Shown here piece after piece: positions 1-8,565 of a stretch of 24,394 bases of DNA. The position numbers and the translations under genes were made by a program. Origin of the DNA: Planctomycetota bacterium (GTDB lineage: Bacteria > Planctomycetota > SZUA-567 > H5-PLA8); assembly GCA_045863855.1 (NCBI GenBank), contig BTVV01000095.1, positions 1 through 24,394 of the forward strand, written 5' to 3'. Below the pieces are notes generated by a model. That model saw nothing but the letters and a program-made list of their open reading frames with translations. It ran no database searches and was not told where the DNA came from. How positions within the stretch are numbered: position 1 is the stretch's first letter; each line of letters begins with the position of its first letter.

Positions 1-1901
1 GACTCGTAAAAGACGGCTTTCCCGCCCAATGAATGAGCGATGCGCGAAAATCGCCGCAGTGCGCCTTCCGGATCGCCGGTGATGGCCAACGCTTTAAGCA
101 GCAACGGCGCGAGCGAAGCGAAAAATTTGCGCGTACGAGAAGGGTTCATCAGAGCCAATCGTTCCTGCCCCAAGGCGATCAATTCCTTGGCTGCTTCGGG
201 CGATGGCGCATAGCGGAAGTGCGGCAATAGCCGCGCGATCTCCACGGGTTCGGGCTGCGGCGCGAGCAGTAAATCGGAGAGCTGCGCCTCCGGTCCTTGC
301 TGTTCGCTGAACAGATTCGCAAAGAGGTGCTCGAATATGTCTCGAACCCGCTTGACGTGGTGTTGGCGATCTCGTTCGAAAACGACTTCGGCGCTGGCCG
401 GTTGCCCGTCCTCGCCGAGACCGTCCGCGTAGCCCAGGCTGCGTGCGATGCGTCGGCGCACGGCGGGGTCGGCTGGAAGCATGTGCGTCTGCTGGTCGCC
501 GTGCAATTGCAATCGATGCTCGACTTGCCGGTGAAAAATATACGCCGTTTCCAGCCGGTCGGCCTCGAACTGCGTGAGCAACCCCTGCTGCCGCAATCGG
601 CGCAGCGCGAAAAGGGTATGCCCCGTACGTACTTCAGGGTGCTGGCCGCCGTGCAATAATTGAAGGAATTGGACGGTAAATTCGATGTCTCGGATGCCGC
701 CGCGCCCCAATTTCACTTCGTCGCCCGTTCCGCCTTTGCGAGCGACGAGCTGCTCCATTTGCTTCTTGAGATTCTGGATGACGCCGATCGCGTCGAGCGA
801 GAGAAAGCGCCGGAAGATGAACGATTCGGCGCGCCTAAGCAACCCTTCGCCTAGCTCCTTGTCTCCGGCGGCCACGCGAGCCTTCAACCAAGCTTGGCGT
901 TCCCAGGTGCGCCCTTCGGATTGCAGGTAGGCGAGCGTCTCGTCGGCGGAAAGCGCCAGCGCACCGACCGAACCGTATGGGCGCAGGCGCATGTCCACGC
1001 GGTACACGCGGCCGTCTTCGGTCACCTGATCCAGCAGCGCGATGACTTCCTCGCCCAAGCGCGTGAAGTAATCGCGCAGCGGCGCCGCGCGTCCCAAGCC
1101 CGCTGTGGTGCCGTTGCCCTCGAAAACGAAGATGAGGTCGATGTCCGAACTGTAGTTCAGTTCGCGTCCGCCTTGCTTTCCCAGCGCGAAGATGGCAAAA
1201 GGCGGCGGTGCCGGGTACTCGCTGGCCGGCACGCCTTCACGCGGCAGAGCGGTTCCAAAGCGCGGGCGCAAATTCTCGATGCCCGCCTCCAAAGCCGTTT
1301 CGATGCAAGCGTCGGCCAAGTCGCTTAAGGCGCGGACGGTGTGTTCCAGGTTCGAGACGCCGCTCAGATCCAACGCCGCGATCTGAAGCATCGATTCGGT
1401 GCGCGCTTGGCGCAAAGCTGCGGGGCGCGCCGTGGCGCTTGCCTGCAATACCGCTCTGCGCACATGCGTACGCCACGCCCAGCCGCCGGTGACTTTACGT
1501 TCGAGTACCGGAAGCAGCACCGCCCACGTCCTGCCGGGAAAGCGCATCAGGTATTCGCTTAGAGCCGGCGTTCCGGCAAAGAGCGCGCAGAGCACGTTCA
1601 AAAAGGGCTCTTCGGTCCATGCCAACGGACTGGGTCCCGAAACGGCTCCGCCAGCTTCGAGCCAGCGCTCCAGCCCGCCAAAGGCGCCGTCCGGATCGCT
1701 GCTCCGCGAGAGCGCGCGCAAGATGTCCGCGAAGCGGACTTCTAAGACGCGGGCGATATCGACACGCGTGCGCAGCCGGTCGAGACCTTGGCGCACGCGC
1801 TCCGGATCGCGAAAGCCCAGCCGCCGCCAGTCTTCATCGGGCAGGTGATCCGGCAGCCCCAGATCGAGCATGCGGAATAGGGCGTCGTCGCGCGCATCCA
1901 T
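1..1901 (-). CDS. glnE: Bifunctional glutamine synthetase adenylyltransferase/adenylyl-removing enzyme (5' part; runs off the window start)
   Basis: Translated by hand from ATG at 1901 (MDARDDALFRMLDLG...SDPDGAFGGLERW). In-frame GlnE motifs: FAIFALGKQGGRELNYSSDIDLIFVF (~1125-1199), RVYRVDMRLRPYGS (~970-1010), EGRTWERQAWLKAR, EVKLGRGGIRDIEFTVQFLQL (~657-719). Presumably missing from the ORF track because its stop codon lies outside the window. Confidence 0.93.
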   Translation of the reverse strand, partial: MDARDDALFRMLDLGLPDHLPDEDWRRLGFRDPERVRQGLDRLRTRVDIARVLEVRFADILRALSRSSDPDGAFGGLERWLEAGGAVSGPSPLAWTEEPFLNVLCALFAGTPALSEYLMRFPGRTWAVLLPVLERKVTGGWAWRTHVRRAVLQASATARPAALRQARTESMLQIAALDLSGVSNLEHTVRALSDLADACIETALEAGIENLRPRFGTALPREGVPASEYPAPPPFAIFALGKQGGRELNYSSDIDLIFVFEGNGTTAGLGRAAPLRDYFTRLGEEVIALLDQVTEDGRVYRVDMRLRPYGSVGALALSADETLAYLQSEGRTWERQAWLKARVAAGDKELGEGLLRRAESFIFRRFLSLDAIGVIQNLKKQMEQLVARKGGTGDEVKLGRGGIRDIEFTVQFLQLLHGGQHPEVRTGHTLFALRRLRQQGLLTQFEADRLETAYIFHRQVEHRLQLHGDQQTHMLPADPAVRRRIARSLGYADGLGEDGQPASAEVVFERDRQHHVKRVRDIFEHLFANLFSEQQGPEAQLSDLLLAPQPEPVEIARLLPHFRYAPSPEAAKELIALGQERLALMNPSRTRKFFASLAPLLLKALAITGDPEGALRRFSRIAHSLGGKAVFYE

Positions 1902-1949
1902 TCCGGAGGTTGTACTACCGGCCGTGCAAGGCGCAATGCGAGCGTGGCC

Positions 1950-3215
1950 CTATTCGCGCAGCAACGAAAGGGCCGCTGCGACGAGCATCTCGCCGGCTTC
2001 GGGAGCCAACTTGCTGCTGGGGGCGAAGGTGGTTTCGTAACCGCCGCGTGCGTGCGCCTCGCGTGTGGGCACGTAGCCCACCATTCCGTTTGCGCCGCCC
2101 ACCACGATGGCGCGCCGGGGATGCGCGCCTTCCTTAATGGCTAATCCCAGCTCGACAAACAGTTCGGCCGGCTGCGATACAAAGACATGCGCGCCGATGC
2201 GCAGCGCTTGAACCTCAGCCGGTTGCGTGCCGCGCGACCGAATCTGCTCCAAGAGTTCAGGCATCAGTTCGTCGTATATCTTGGGATCGATGAAGCGCTG
2301 CGCGCCGGCGACGGTTCCCTTGATCTGATCTTCCGTCGCTTTCCGAAACGGCAGCCGTACGACACTTCGGCGGGCACTTACTTGAAGGTCGGATTCGAAC
2401 GAGAGACTTTGCAACGCCTGCCAAGCCGTTTGCGCGACGGCGCGGCCGGTCTCTTCCATACCCAGCGCCCAGCCGTCCCGGGCCGGATCGCTGGTCGCCA
2501 TGTTGCCGTAGGCGCCGTTGAGGAAGAGCGGGCAAGGCACTCCGCGCGCTTTAAGCTCGTCAGCCAGGACGCCCGGCCAACCGGCGCTGAAACACTCGTC
2601 GCCGCCGTGGTGCGCCGGATGCACCGCGTAATTCACCAACGCACCCAGCCAAGCTCCGGACGGACGCCGCACGCCCAGCACCAGCAACTCCGGGTCGATG
2701 GGGCCCTCGAGCCCTAGCGCGAGCGGATTACTGCATTTGCCGTGTGTAAAGGTGGTGCCGTCTCGCATGCGTACGCGGCGATTGAAAGCGGCATCGAAGA
2801 GAATTCCGCGTCCGAAACCAACCTCCGCCGGTTCGAGCCGTTCAACGGCTTGCCCCAGTGCGGATATCACGCGTGCTTCCAAGCTTGCCAAGTAGGCATC
2901 GTCGCGCGGCACGAGGCCCACCTTTGCGACGGCTGGCCCCCCGTGGTTGTGCGTCGCGGCGATCATGACGCTCGAAGCGGGGATGCCGTACTGAGTTTCG
3001 ACCGACTGTCGGATCCGCTCAACAGTCGTCCAGCGCACGCACAGCGTATCCAGCGCCACGAACGCCAGCCGCGTGCCGTTGGCTTCCAGTACCAGCGCCC
3101 GCGCAAAAAGCGGGTCGGCAACGCGCGTCGGCGTAATCCGCTTGAGCCAGCCGATCTTCTCGGTGCCCAGCGGGGGCGTAATTTCGATCTCGGCGCAACC
3201 GGCCCGCATGCTCAT
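1950..3215 (-). CDS. Neutral/alkaline ceramidase-like metallo-amidohydrolase (421 aa)
   Basis: N-terminal G-x-A-x-x-x-ITP, DPLFARALVL, ATHNHGGP, FNRR, GPIDP, NYAVHP, PAELF, GYVPT...GGYE motifs of the neutral ceramidase superfamily. ATGA overlap with the upstream gene. Confidence 0.85.
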   Translation of the reverse strand: MSMRAGCAEIEITPPLGTEKIGWLKRITPTRVADPLFARALVLEANGTRLAFVALDTLCVRWTTVERIRQSVETQYGIPASSVMIAATHNHGGPAVAKVGLVPRDDAYLASLEARVISALGQAVERLEPAEVGFGRGILFDAAFNRRVRMRDGTTFTHGKCSNPLALGLEGPIDPELLVLGVRRPSGAWLGALVNYAVHPAHHGGDECFSAGWPGVLADELKARGVPCPLFLNGAYGNMATSDPARDGWALGMEETGRAVAQTAWQALQSLSFESDLQVSARRSVVRLPFRKATEDQIKGTVAGAQRFIDPKIYDELMPELLEQIRSRGTQPAEVQALRIGAHVFVSQPAELFVELGLAIKEGAHPRRAIVVGGANGMVGYVPTREAHARGGYETTFAPSSKLAPEAGEMLVAAALSLLRE

Positions 3216-4615
3216 CCCTGCACGTCCCCGTTGGGCCAGAGGCTTTGCGTCGCTTGCAGCGTCCGCTCCACCAGCACCTGGCCGCCCTCCGGCCCGACCT
3301 TGGTACTGGCCACTTCCGCTCCGTACCCGCGCCCGCGGACCGCCTTGGCGGTGGGCAGGTATCCAGCGCTATCGCACGCCAGTTGTACGACGAAGGTCTG
3401 TTGCGCGGGACTGCGCGCCTTCATACGAATACCGAAATCCAGGAACAGTTCGAACGGGTTTGTCACCAAAGCCACATCGCCCATGCGGAGGGTGTGTAAT
3501 TCCATTGTCCAGATCGGATGTGGCCCCTGCTCTCGAAAGCGCTTCATGACTCGCAGGGCTCGCTGCTTCATGCAATGCAGGATGGAAGCGTGCCTGAAGT
3601 CCTTGGGCGCCTCGGTCTCGCAGCGTGAAACTTCCGCCTCTGCTTGACTAAACTCGGTTTCGGTGACCGCGCGAGCGGGTAATTCCAAAGTTCCCACCAG
3701 ATGGCGAAAAGGCGCGTCCGAGCGTATCGCGGGAACCGCGGATTCGAAGCCGTCCGCTACCGCTTGCGCAATCCGGCGGGCAAGTTCCTGCCGCTCTGTG
3801 AGTCCGCGGCGCTTGCGCATCTCGGCTTCGAGTCCTTTATAGAGAATCGGATGCGGGGACTGGTCGCCGGCGGCGGAGCACTGTGAAAGCACGAACAGGT
3901 CAGGCCCAAAGCGCTGCCGCAGCGCCACTCTCGTCTCGTGCCAGAAGCTGGCTGAAATATATTCCGCATGCTCGTCCAGCTGGAACGGACACGCCAGGTT
4001 GATCAGGACGCCCGTTAAATCCCGCCGCTCGTTCCAGAAGAAGAGGAGGTCTATGCCGTCGTCTTCGTAACCTTCGATGGAGTCGAATAGAGGGTCGCTG
4101 GTTTTGCCGTACATGCGCGACGAGCCATCGAGGTAGGCCGCTCTGCGGTTGCGGCCCACGGCCGCGTGGCTGAAGGCGTTCGCCAGCGCGCCCGGTGCGC
4201 GTTGTTCCCAGGCGCGAACGGCGGCATCTGCGGCTTTGCGTGCGAAGAACTCCGCATACTCGGCCGGCGGGAGCGGGTCGGACCCTGCCGGAGCCACATA
4301 GTTGCCTTCCTGGAAGCTTGGTGCGGTATGCGTATGCGTGGCATTCATGAATAACTTGCGCGGATCGAATCCGGAAAGCCTGGGCGCGGCCAGGGCCCGT
4401 ACGCGTTCCTGCACCTCTGCCCGGATGCCCACCACGTCCGCCGAGACCAAAATAGCTTGGTCCGTGGCGCCCTCCGAACCACCGTCCAGGGCGAGCGCCG
4501 TAGCGGTCAACGGGTCGTTCACATGCGTTGAGATCCGCGTATGAAACTGACCCTGCAAGAAAGTGTTTCGCGCCGGCGTGATATCGGCCGTCGCCCAGCC
4601 CACTTGAATCGCCAT
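3212..4615 (-). CDS. Neutral/alkaline ceramidase-like metallo-amidohydrolase, divergent paralog (467 aa)
   Basis: VGWATADITP, DPLTATALAL, ATHTHTAP, RNRR, NLACPFQ, AAGDQSP, NPFELF, YLPT...GYGA motifs. GGAG upstream of the ATG. Confidence 0.82.
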   Translation of the reverse strand: MAIQVGWATADITPARNTFLQGQFHTRISTHVNDPLTATALALDGGSEGATDQAILVSADVVGIRAEVQERVRALAAPRLSGFDPRKLFMNATHTHTAPSFQEGNYVAPAGSDPLPPAEYAEFFARKAADAAVRAWEQRAPGALANAFSHAAVGRNRRAAYLDGSSRMYGKTSDPLFDSIEGYEDDGIDLLFFWNERRDLTGVLINLACPFQLDEHAEYISASFWHETRVALRQRFGPDLFVLSQCSAAGDQSPHPILYKGLEAEMRKRRGLTERQELARRIAQAVADGFESAVPAIRSDAPFRHLVGTLELPARAVTETEFSQAEAEVSRCETEAPKDFRHASILHCMKQRALRVMKRFREQGPHPIWTMELHTLRMGDVALVTNPFELFLDFGIRMKARSPAQQTFVVQLACDSAGYLPTAKAVRGRGYGAEVASTKVGPEGGQVLVERTLQATQSLWPNGDVQG

Positions 4616-4633
4616 GATCGTGCCGCGCTCCGA

Positions 4634-5905
4634 TTAGTCCAGGTTCGACAGATTCGCCATGACCTTGTGGATGCCCCGCGCCACGGCATCCACCGCCTCA
4701 TCGCCGTTGGGCATGCGCAAGGGATTGATGATGCAGAAATGCGTGTCGCAGTGCCGCTGTGCAATCGGATACTCGGCCGGATCGTACACCACCGGCCGCG
4801 CCAGGGGGTGGCTCCACGGATGCCCCGCGCCAAAGCCATTCTGTGCGCGGAAGACCGTCATCGACGGCAGAATGAATTTTTGCCACACCGTTGCGGGCAC
4901 GCCTTCGGCCTGAAGCGCTTTCACCACGCGGTCGCGATACGCCGCGGCATCCTGCGCACTCGGCGAGCGCGAGGTATCCAAGCGGATCACGTAGTTGTAA
5001 CCGTTCCAGACGCGCCCATCCGGCTGCGGCGGCAGCAGCAAACCGCCGACCCCGGCCAACTGTTCGGTCAACCGGCTGACGGCTCGGCGTTGGTGTGCCA
5101 GATAGCCGTCGAGCTTGCGGAGTTGTGCGCGCGCGAAAGCGGCGGGAAGATCGCTGGTGCGGTACATCCAACCCAGTGCGTAAGCGTGGAAATCGCGCGA
5201 CTCGGACGGCGCCCGCGTTTCGCCGAACGACCAGAGTTGCTGAGCGTTCCGATGCAGGGTTTCGTCCTCGGTTACGAACATGCCGCCTTCACCGGCGCTG
5301 AGGCACTTGTTCTGATTGAAACTGAAGGCCGCGCAATCGCCCAGCGTGCCCACCTTCTTCCCTTTATAGAGCGCACCGTGAGCTTGGCAGGCGTCTTCGA
5401 TCACCTTTAAGCCGTGCTTACGCGCGACGGCCAAGATCGGATCCATGTCCGCGGACAGTCCGTGCAGGTGCACGGCGACGATCGCTTTCGTCCGCGGGCT
5501 GATTTTTTCTTCAAGCTTCGCCGGATCGATCAGCATCGTATCGAAGTCGATATCCACGAAGATCGGAATGCAACTGTGATGCAGAATGCAGGTCGCCGAA
5601 CTCGACCACGAGTACGCAGGCACCAATACTTCGTCCGCCGTTCCGCAACCGCAGGCGGCAATGGCCATGTGCAAGGCCGCCGTGCCCGAGTTCGTCGCGA
5701 TAGCGAATCGGCTCCCGTTCCAGGCCGCGAATTCTTTCTGCAGTTCGATGCAGTTGGGGCCGAAGGCGTGATTCGTACCGTTCAGCGAGGCCAGCACCAA
5801 GTCGCGATCGGAGGCGTCTTTGGGCGGCCAAGGCAGGATCGTGCCCTCCGGCACCGTCCTGGGGCCTCCGTGCAAGGCCAGCTTTTCGAGTGTCGCGGTT
5901 GTCAT
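4634..5905 (-). CDS. DegT/DnrJ/EryC1/StrS family PLP-dependent aminotransferase (423 aa)
   Basis: KLALHGGP, NSGTAALH, IEDACQAHGA, FSFNQNK (PLP lysine) and GEGG motifs. Start moved to ATG 5905 (MTTATLEK), which has GGAG upstream. Confidence 0.92.
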   Translation of the reverse strand: MTTATLEKLALHGGPRTVPEGTILPWPPKDASDRDLVLASLNGTNHAFGPNCIELQKEFAAWNGSRFAIATNSGTAALHMAIAACGCGTADEVLVPAYSWSSSATCILHHSCIPIFVDIDFDTMLIDPAKLEEKISPRTKAIVAVHLHGLSADMDPILAVARKHGLKVIEDACQAHGALYKGKKVGTLGDCAAFSFNQNKCLSAGEGGMFVTEDETLHRNAQQLWSFGETRAPSESRDFHAYALGWMYRTSDLPAAFARAQLRKLDGYLAHQRRAVSRLTEQLAGVGGLLLPPQPDGRVWNGYNYVIRLDTSRSPSAQDAAAYRDRVVKALQAEGVPATVWQKFILPSMTVFRAQNGFGAGHPWSHPLARPVVYDPAEYPIAQRHCDTHFCIINPLRMPNGDEAVDAVARGIHKVMANLSNLD

Positions 5906-6037
5906 GCGGGAGGCTCCGGGTTCGCAATCATGCCTTGCGGGTTGCATCGAATCTGAGGACAGTTAATCCCGTTCGGGGCAGATTGGCCAGACGACCCTTT
6001 TGCCAAGACGGGGAGTATCTTGCGGGGGCCAGGCGGC

Positions 6038-6934
6038 ATGGCGGCGGACAAGCGCGATAGCGTGCGCAACAAGCGAGTTGGGGAGAGGGAGCCGGATTGG
6101 CTCGGCCAGCTTGAGCGCGCCTGGGCGGCGCCTCCGAGGCTGCACAGCTTCCAGGTGCTTAGTGTGGGCGCCCTCTGGGGCGAGCGCTTTCACGCCACAC
6201 CTCGCCACGAACTGATCCACGTATTGCAAGGCCGCGCGGAGATCCAATCGCGACGCCGCGCGTTTGCCGTGGGGCCCGGCGATACGTTCGTCATCCCGCA
6301 AGGTGTCGAGCACAAGGACTTGCGCGCCGAAGGCCCCGACTACCGCGTCGCGTACCTCTTTTTCGAATGGCCGTCCGGGCAGGTCTTGCTCGAATCCATC
6401 GATCCGCATGGGCTTCTCGATGCGCCGGAAGGCGCCAAAGCCCATTTGCACAGGATCGTGAAGGAATTGGAGCGAGAGTACCAAGGCGATGCACCGGGTT
6501 CGGCGTCGCGCATTCAGGTTCTCTTGTGGGAAGCGCTGCTTGCTTTGCTGCGCAACGCATGGCGCGGCACGAACTCGGCTGCGGGTACGCGCCAAGCGGT
6601 CGCCGAACGCCGCGGCGAAAAGCTCGCCGCGGGAGTGCGCGCGTTCCTCGACGCGCACTTCGCCGAAAGCATTGGGCTCGACGATCTCGCCGCGCGTTTC
6701 GACGTCAGCCCCTTTAACCTGTGCCGCCGCTTCTCGAAAGTCTATGGGCTCTCCGTCGTGGAGACCCTCACTCAGATCCGCATGGAACACGCGCGCGAAG
6801 CGCTTGACGCCGGCCGTTTATCCGTGAAGGAAGTGGCGCTGGCGGTGGGCTACGCCGACGCCAATTACTTTGCCAAGGTGTTTCGACGCATGCACGGCGT
6901 CTCGCCCACCCAGTACCTCGCTTCGCGTCGCTGA
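6038..6934 (+). CDS. AraC family transcriptional regulator with N-terminal cupin domain
   Basis: Cupin (HELIHV...GPGDTFVIPQGVEH) plus C-terminal double HTH (SVKEVALAVGYADANYFAKVFRRMHGVSPTQY). Divergent from the aminotransferase operon. ATG 6038 preferred over TTG 6020. Confidence 0.92.
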   Translation: MAADKRDSVRNKRVGEREPDWLGQLERAWAAPPRLHSFQVLSVGALWGERFHATPRHELIHVLQGRAEIQSRRRAFAVGPGDTFVIPQGVEHKDLRAEGPDYRVAYLFFEWPSGQVLLESIDPHGLLDAPEGAKAHLHRIVKELEREYQGDAPGSASRIQVLLWEALLALLRNAWRGTNSAAGTRQAVAERRGEKLAAGVRAFLDAHFAESIGLDDLAARFDVSPFNLCRRFSKVYGLSVVETLTQIRMEHAREALDAGRLSVKEVALAVGYADANYFAKVFRRMHGVSPTQYLASRR

Positions 6935-7006
6935 ACGCGGCGCAAAATTTCGATGCACCTGGAGCGGGAGGCGGCAGCGGAGTTCGCGGTGGTGTATATT
7001 AACGAG

Positions 7007-7032
7007 CGATATTGCCGATCGAAATTGCCGAT
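7007..7032 (+). repeat. 13-bp tandem direct repeat (candidate operator) upstream of the MOSC gene
   Basis: CGATATTGCCGAT (7007-7019) followed directly by CGAAATTGCCGAT (7020-7032), 12/13 identical, just downstream of a TATATT -10-like hexamer (6995-7000). Confidence 0.5.
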
Positions 7033-7077
7033 AAATTCGGTGCGACGCGGATCGCAAGTTCTGGAGTCTTTCGGGCC

Positions 7078-7545
7078 ATGAGCGCACCTGATGCAGGCAG
7101 CGGACGGATCGAAGCCATTTTCATCACGCGACAGCGCCACGGCACCCCGGAAGCAGTGGCCGAAGCGCGAGCGGTTCCGCGTTGTGGGCTTGAGGGCCAC
7201 AAGAACTTCGTGGCCGAAGGCCATAAGGATCCCGGCAAGGAGCTGACGCTGATCGCTTCCGAAATGCTGGACTTGCTGGCTCGTGAGCATGGTATCCCGC
7301 TGGGCGGATGCGAAAGCCGCCGAAACGTATTGACCTCGGGAATCGACCTGAACGCCTTGGTGGGCCGGGAATTCCAACTGGGTGCTGTGCGCGCCAAGGG
7401 GATTCGGCTTTGCGAGCCGTGCAGCGACTTGGTGGCGTATACGGGTAAGAACGTGCTCCCAGCCATGGTGCACCGCGGCGGCCTGCGCGCGGGCATCTTG
7501 ACCGAAGGCCTGATCCGCCCGGGCGATCCGATCCGCGCGCTTTAG
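7078..7545 (+). CDS. MOSC domain-containing protein (YiiM-like, 155 aa)
   Basis: GRIEAIFI, RRNVLTSGIDL, LCEPC and RGGLRAGILTEGLIRPGD motifs. ATG 7078 with GGAG upstream. Confidence 0.88.
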   Translation: MSAPDAGSGRIEAIFITRQRHGTPEAVAEARAVPRCGLEGHKNFVAEGHKDPGKELTLIASEMLDLLAREHGIPLGGCESRRNVLTSGIDLNALVGREFQLGAVRAKGIRLCEPCSDLVAYTGKNVLPAMVHRGGLRAGILTEGLIRPGDPIRAL

Positions 7546-7619
7546 CTGCCAAGCCCAATGATTAAAAGGCGCAAGTCGCAACCTCCCTCCCCCGGTGCAC
7601 AGGGGGGCGCTTTTCCGGC

Positions 7620-7648
7620 TTGACTTTCGGGCGCCAATTTCCGACCAT
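7620..7648 (+). promoter_or_regulatory. Candidate sigma70 promoter for the 7701-9492 genes
   Basis: TTGACT-17 bp-GACCAT, about 50 nt upstream of ATG 7701. Confidence 0.4.
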
Positions 7649-7700
7649 GGCGGGTGCTGCAACCTTTTAATCGGCAAGCTGCTTACAGGGAGGGCCGGGC

Positions 7701-8534
7701 ATGTCCCAGGCTTTACGCCCCGCGGTTTCGTGGTTGATCACCGGCTGCTTTTTGGCAACGGTTGGAATGGCTTGGGGCGAGGAGGCCGCGCCGACGCCGG
7801 CTCCTGCGGCCGAAGCCGGGCATCCCGACGTGATCGTGGATGGCGTGCGCTACACCTGGGAAGAAGCCAAGAAGAAGTTTCCGGACATCGATGCGGCGAA
7901 AGATAAAGGGGTTACGACTGGCCCTTCGGCCACCGTGGAGCCTGCGGCGCCCGCCGCGCCTGCCGCCGAACCGGTGGTGTTGAAGGACGAGGCCAAGCCG
8001 GCGGCGGAAGAGCCGAAGCAAGAGGCCGCGAAGGCCGAAGAAAAGCCCAAGGAAAAGAAGAAGAAGAAGAAAGGCGAGCCCGCCGTACTGATCAACGAAC
8101 CCGATCCGGAGCATGCGGCGCACGTGGAGCTGATGCGCTCGCGCGAACGGGTGGCGCTCGAAGAACGCATCAAGCGCCAGATTTCTCTGCTCACGACGCC
8201 CGAATGGCGCGTGGCTCAGGCCGACCTGATCAAGGTGGGCCGCGACGCGGTGCCGTTCCTCATCGACTCCATGAAGGTGGACGGCGACTACGATTACGCG
8301 TTGAAGTCGTACAGCTTGCAAGGTCCGCGGCGCGCGACTCGGCAGCGCCCGCTGGCGGAAGTGACCTACGAAGTTCTGGTCAATCTGCTCCACAACCACT
8401 CGAACTATCAGGGCGAGCTCCCCGGCCGGCACGCGGCGAAGTGGGAAGAATTCTGGGCGGCGAACGCAAGCTCGGTTCAACTCGCCGGCGAGACGCTGGT
8501 CCAGACTCCGGTCACGCCGCCGGTCGCTCCGTAA
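7701..8534 (+). CDS. Secreted/periplasmic hypothetical protein with Pro/Ala/Lys-rich linker and HEAT-like helical C-terminal domain
   Basis: GGAGG RBS. Signal peptide ending AWG|EE. Low-complexity linker with KKKKKK. HEAT-like AQADLIKVGRDAVPFLI and terminal AAKWEEFW. Confidence 0.75.
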   Translation: MSQALRPAVSWLITGCFLATVGMAWGEEAAPTPAPAAEAGHPDVIVDGVRYTWEEAKKKFPDIDAAKDKGVTTGPSATVEPAAPAAPAAEPVVLKDEAKPAAEEPKQEAAKAEEKPKEKKKKKKGEPAVLINEPDPEHAAHVELMRSRERVALEERIKRQISLLTTPEWRVAQADLIKVGRDAVPFLIDSMKVDGDYDYALKSYSLQGPRRATRQRPLAEVTYEVLVNLLHNHSNYQGELPGRHAAKWEEFWAANASSVQLAGETLVQTPVTPPVAP

Positions 8535-8565
8535 ATTCCGCCCGGCCGGCCCCGCGGGACGGTCC

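Noticed and set aside
33..1848. Plus-strand ORFs at the window start (e.g. 297-659, 894-1328)
   Set aside because: They are antisense shadows of glnE, whose motifs read in frame on the minus strand.
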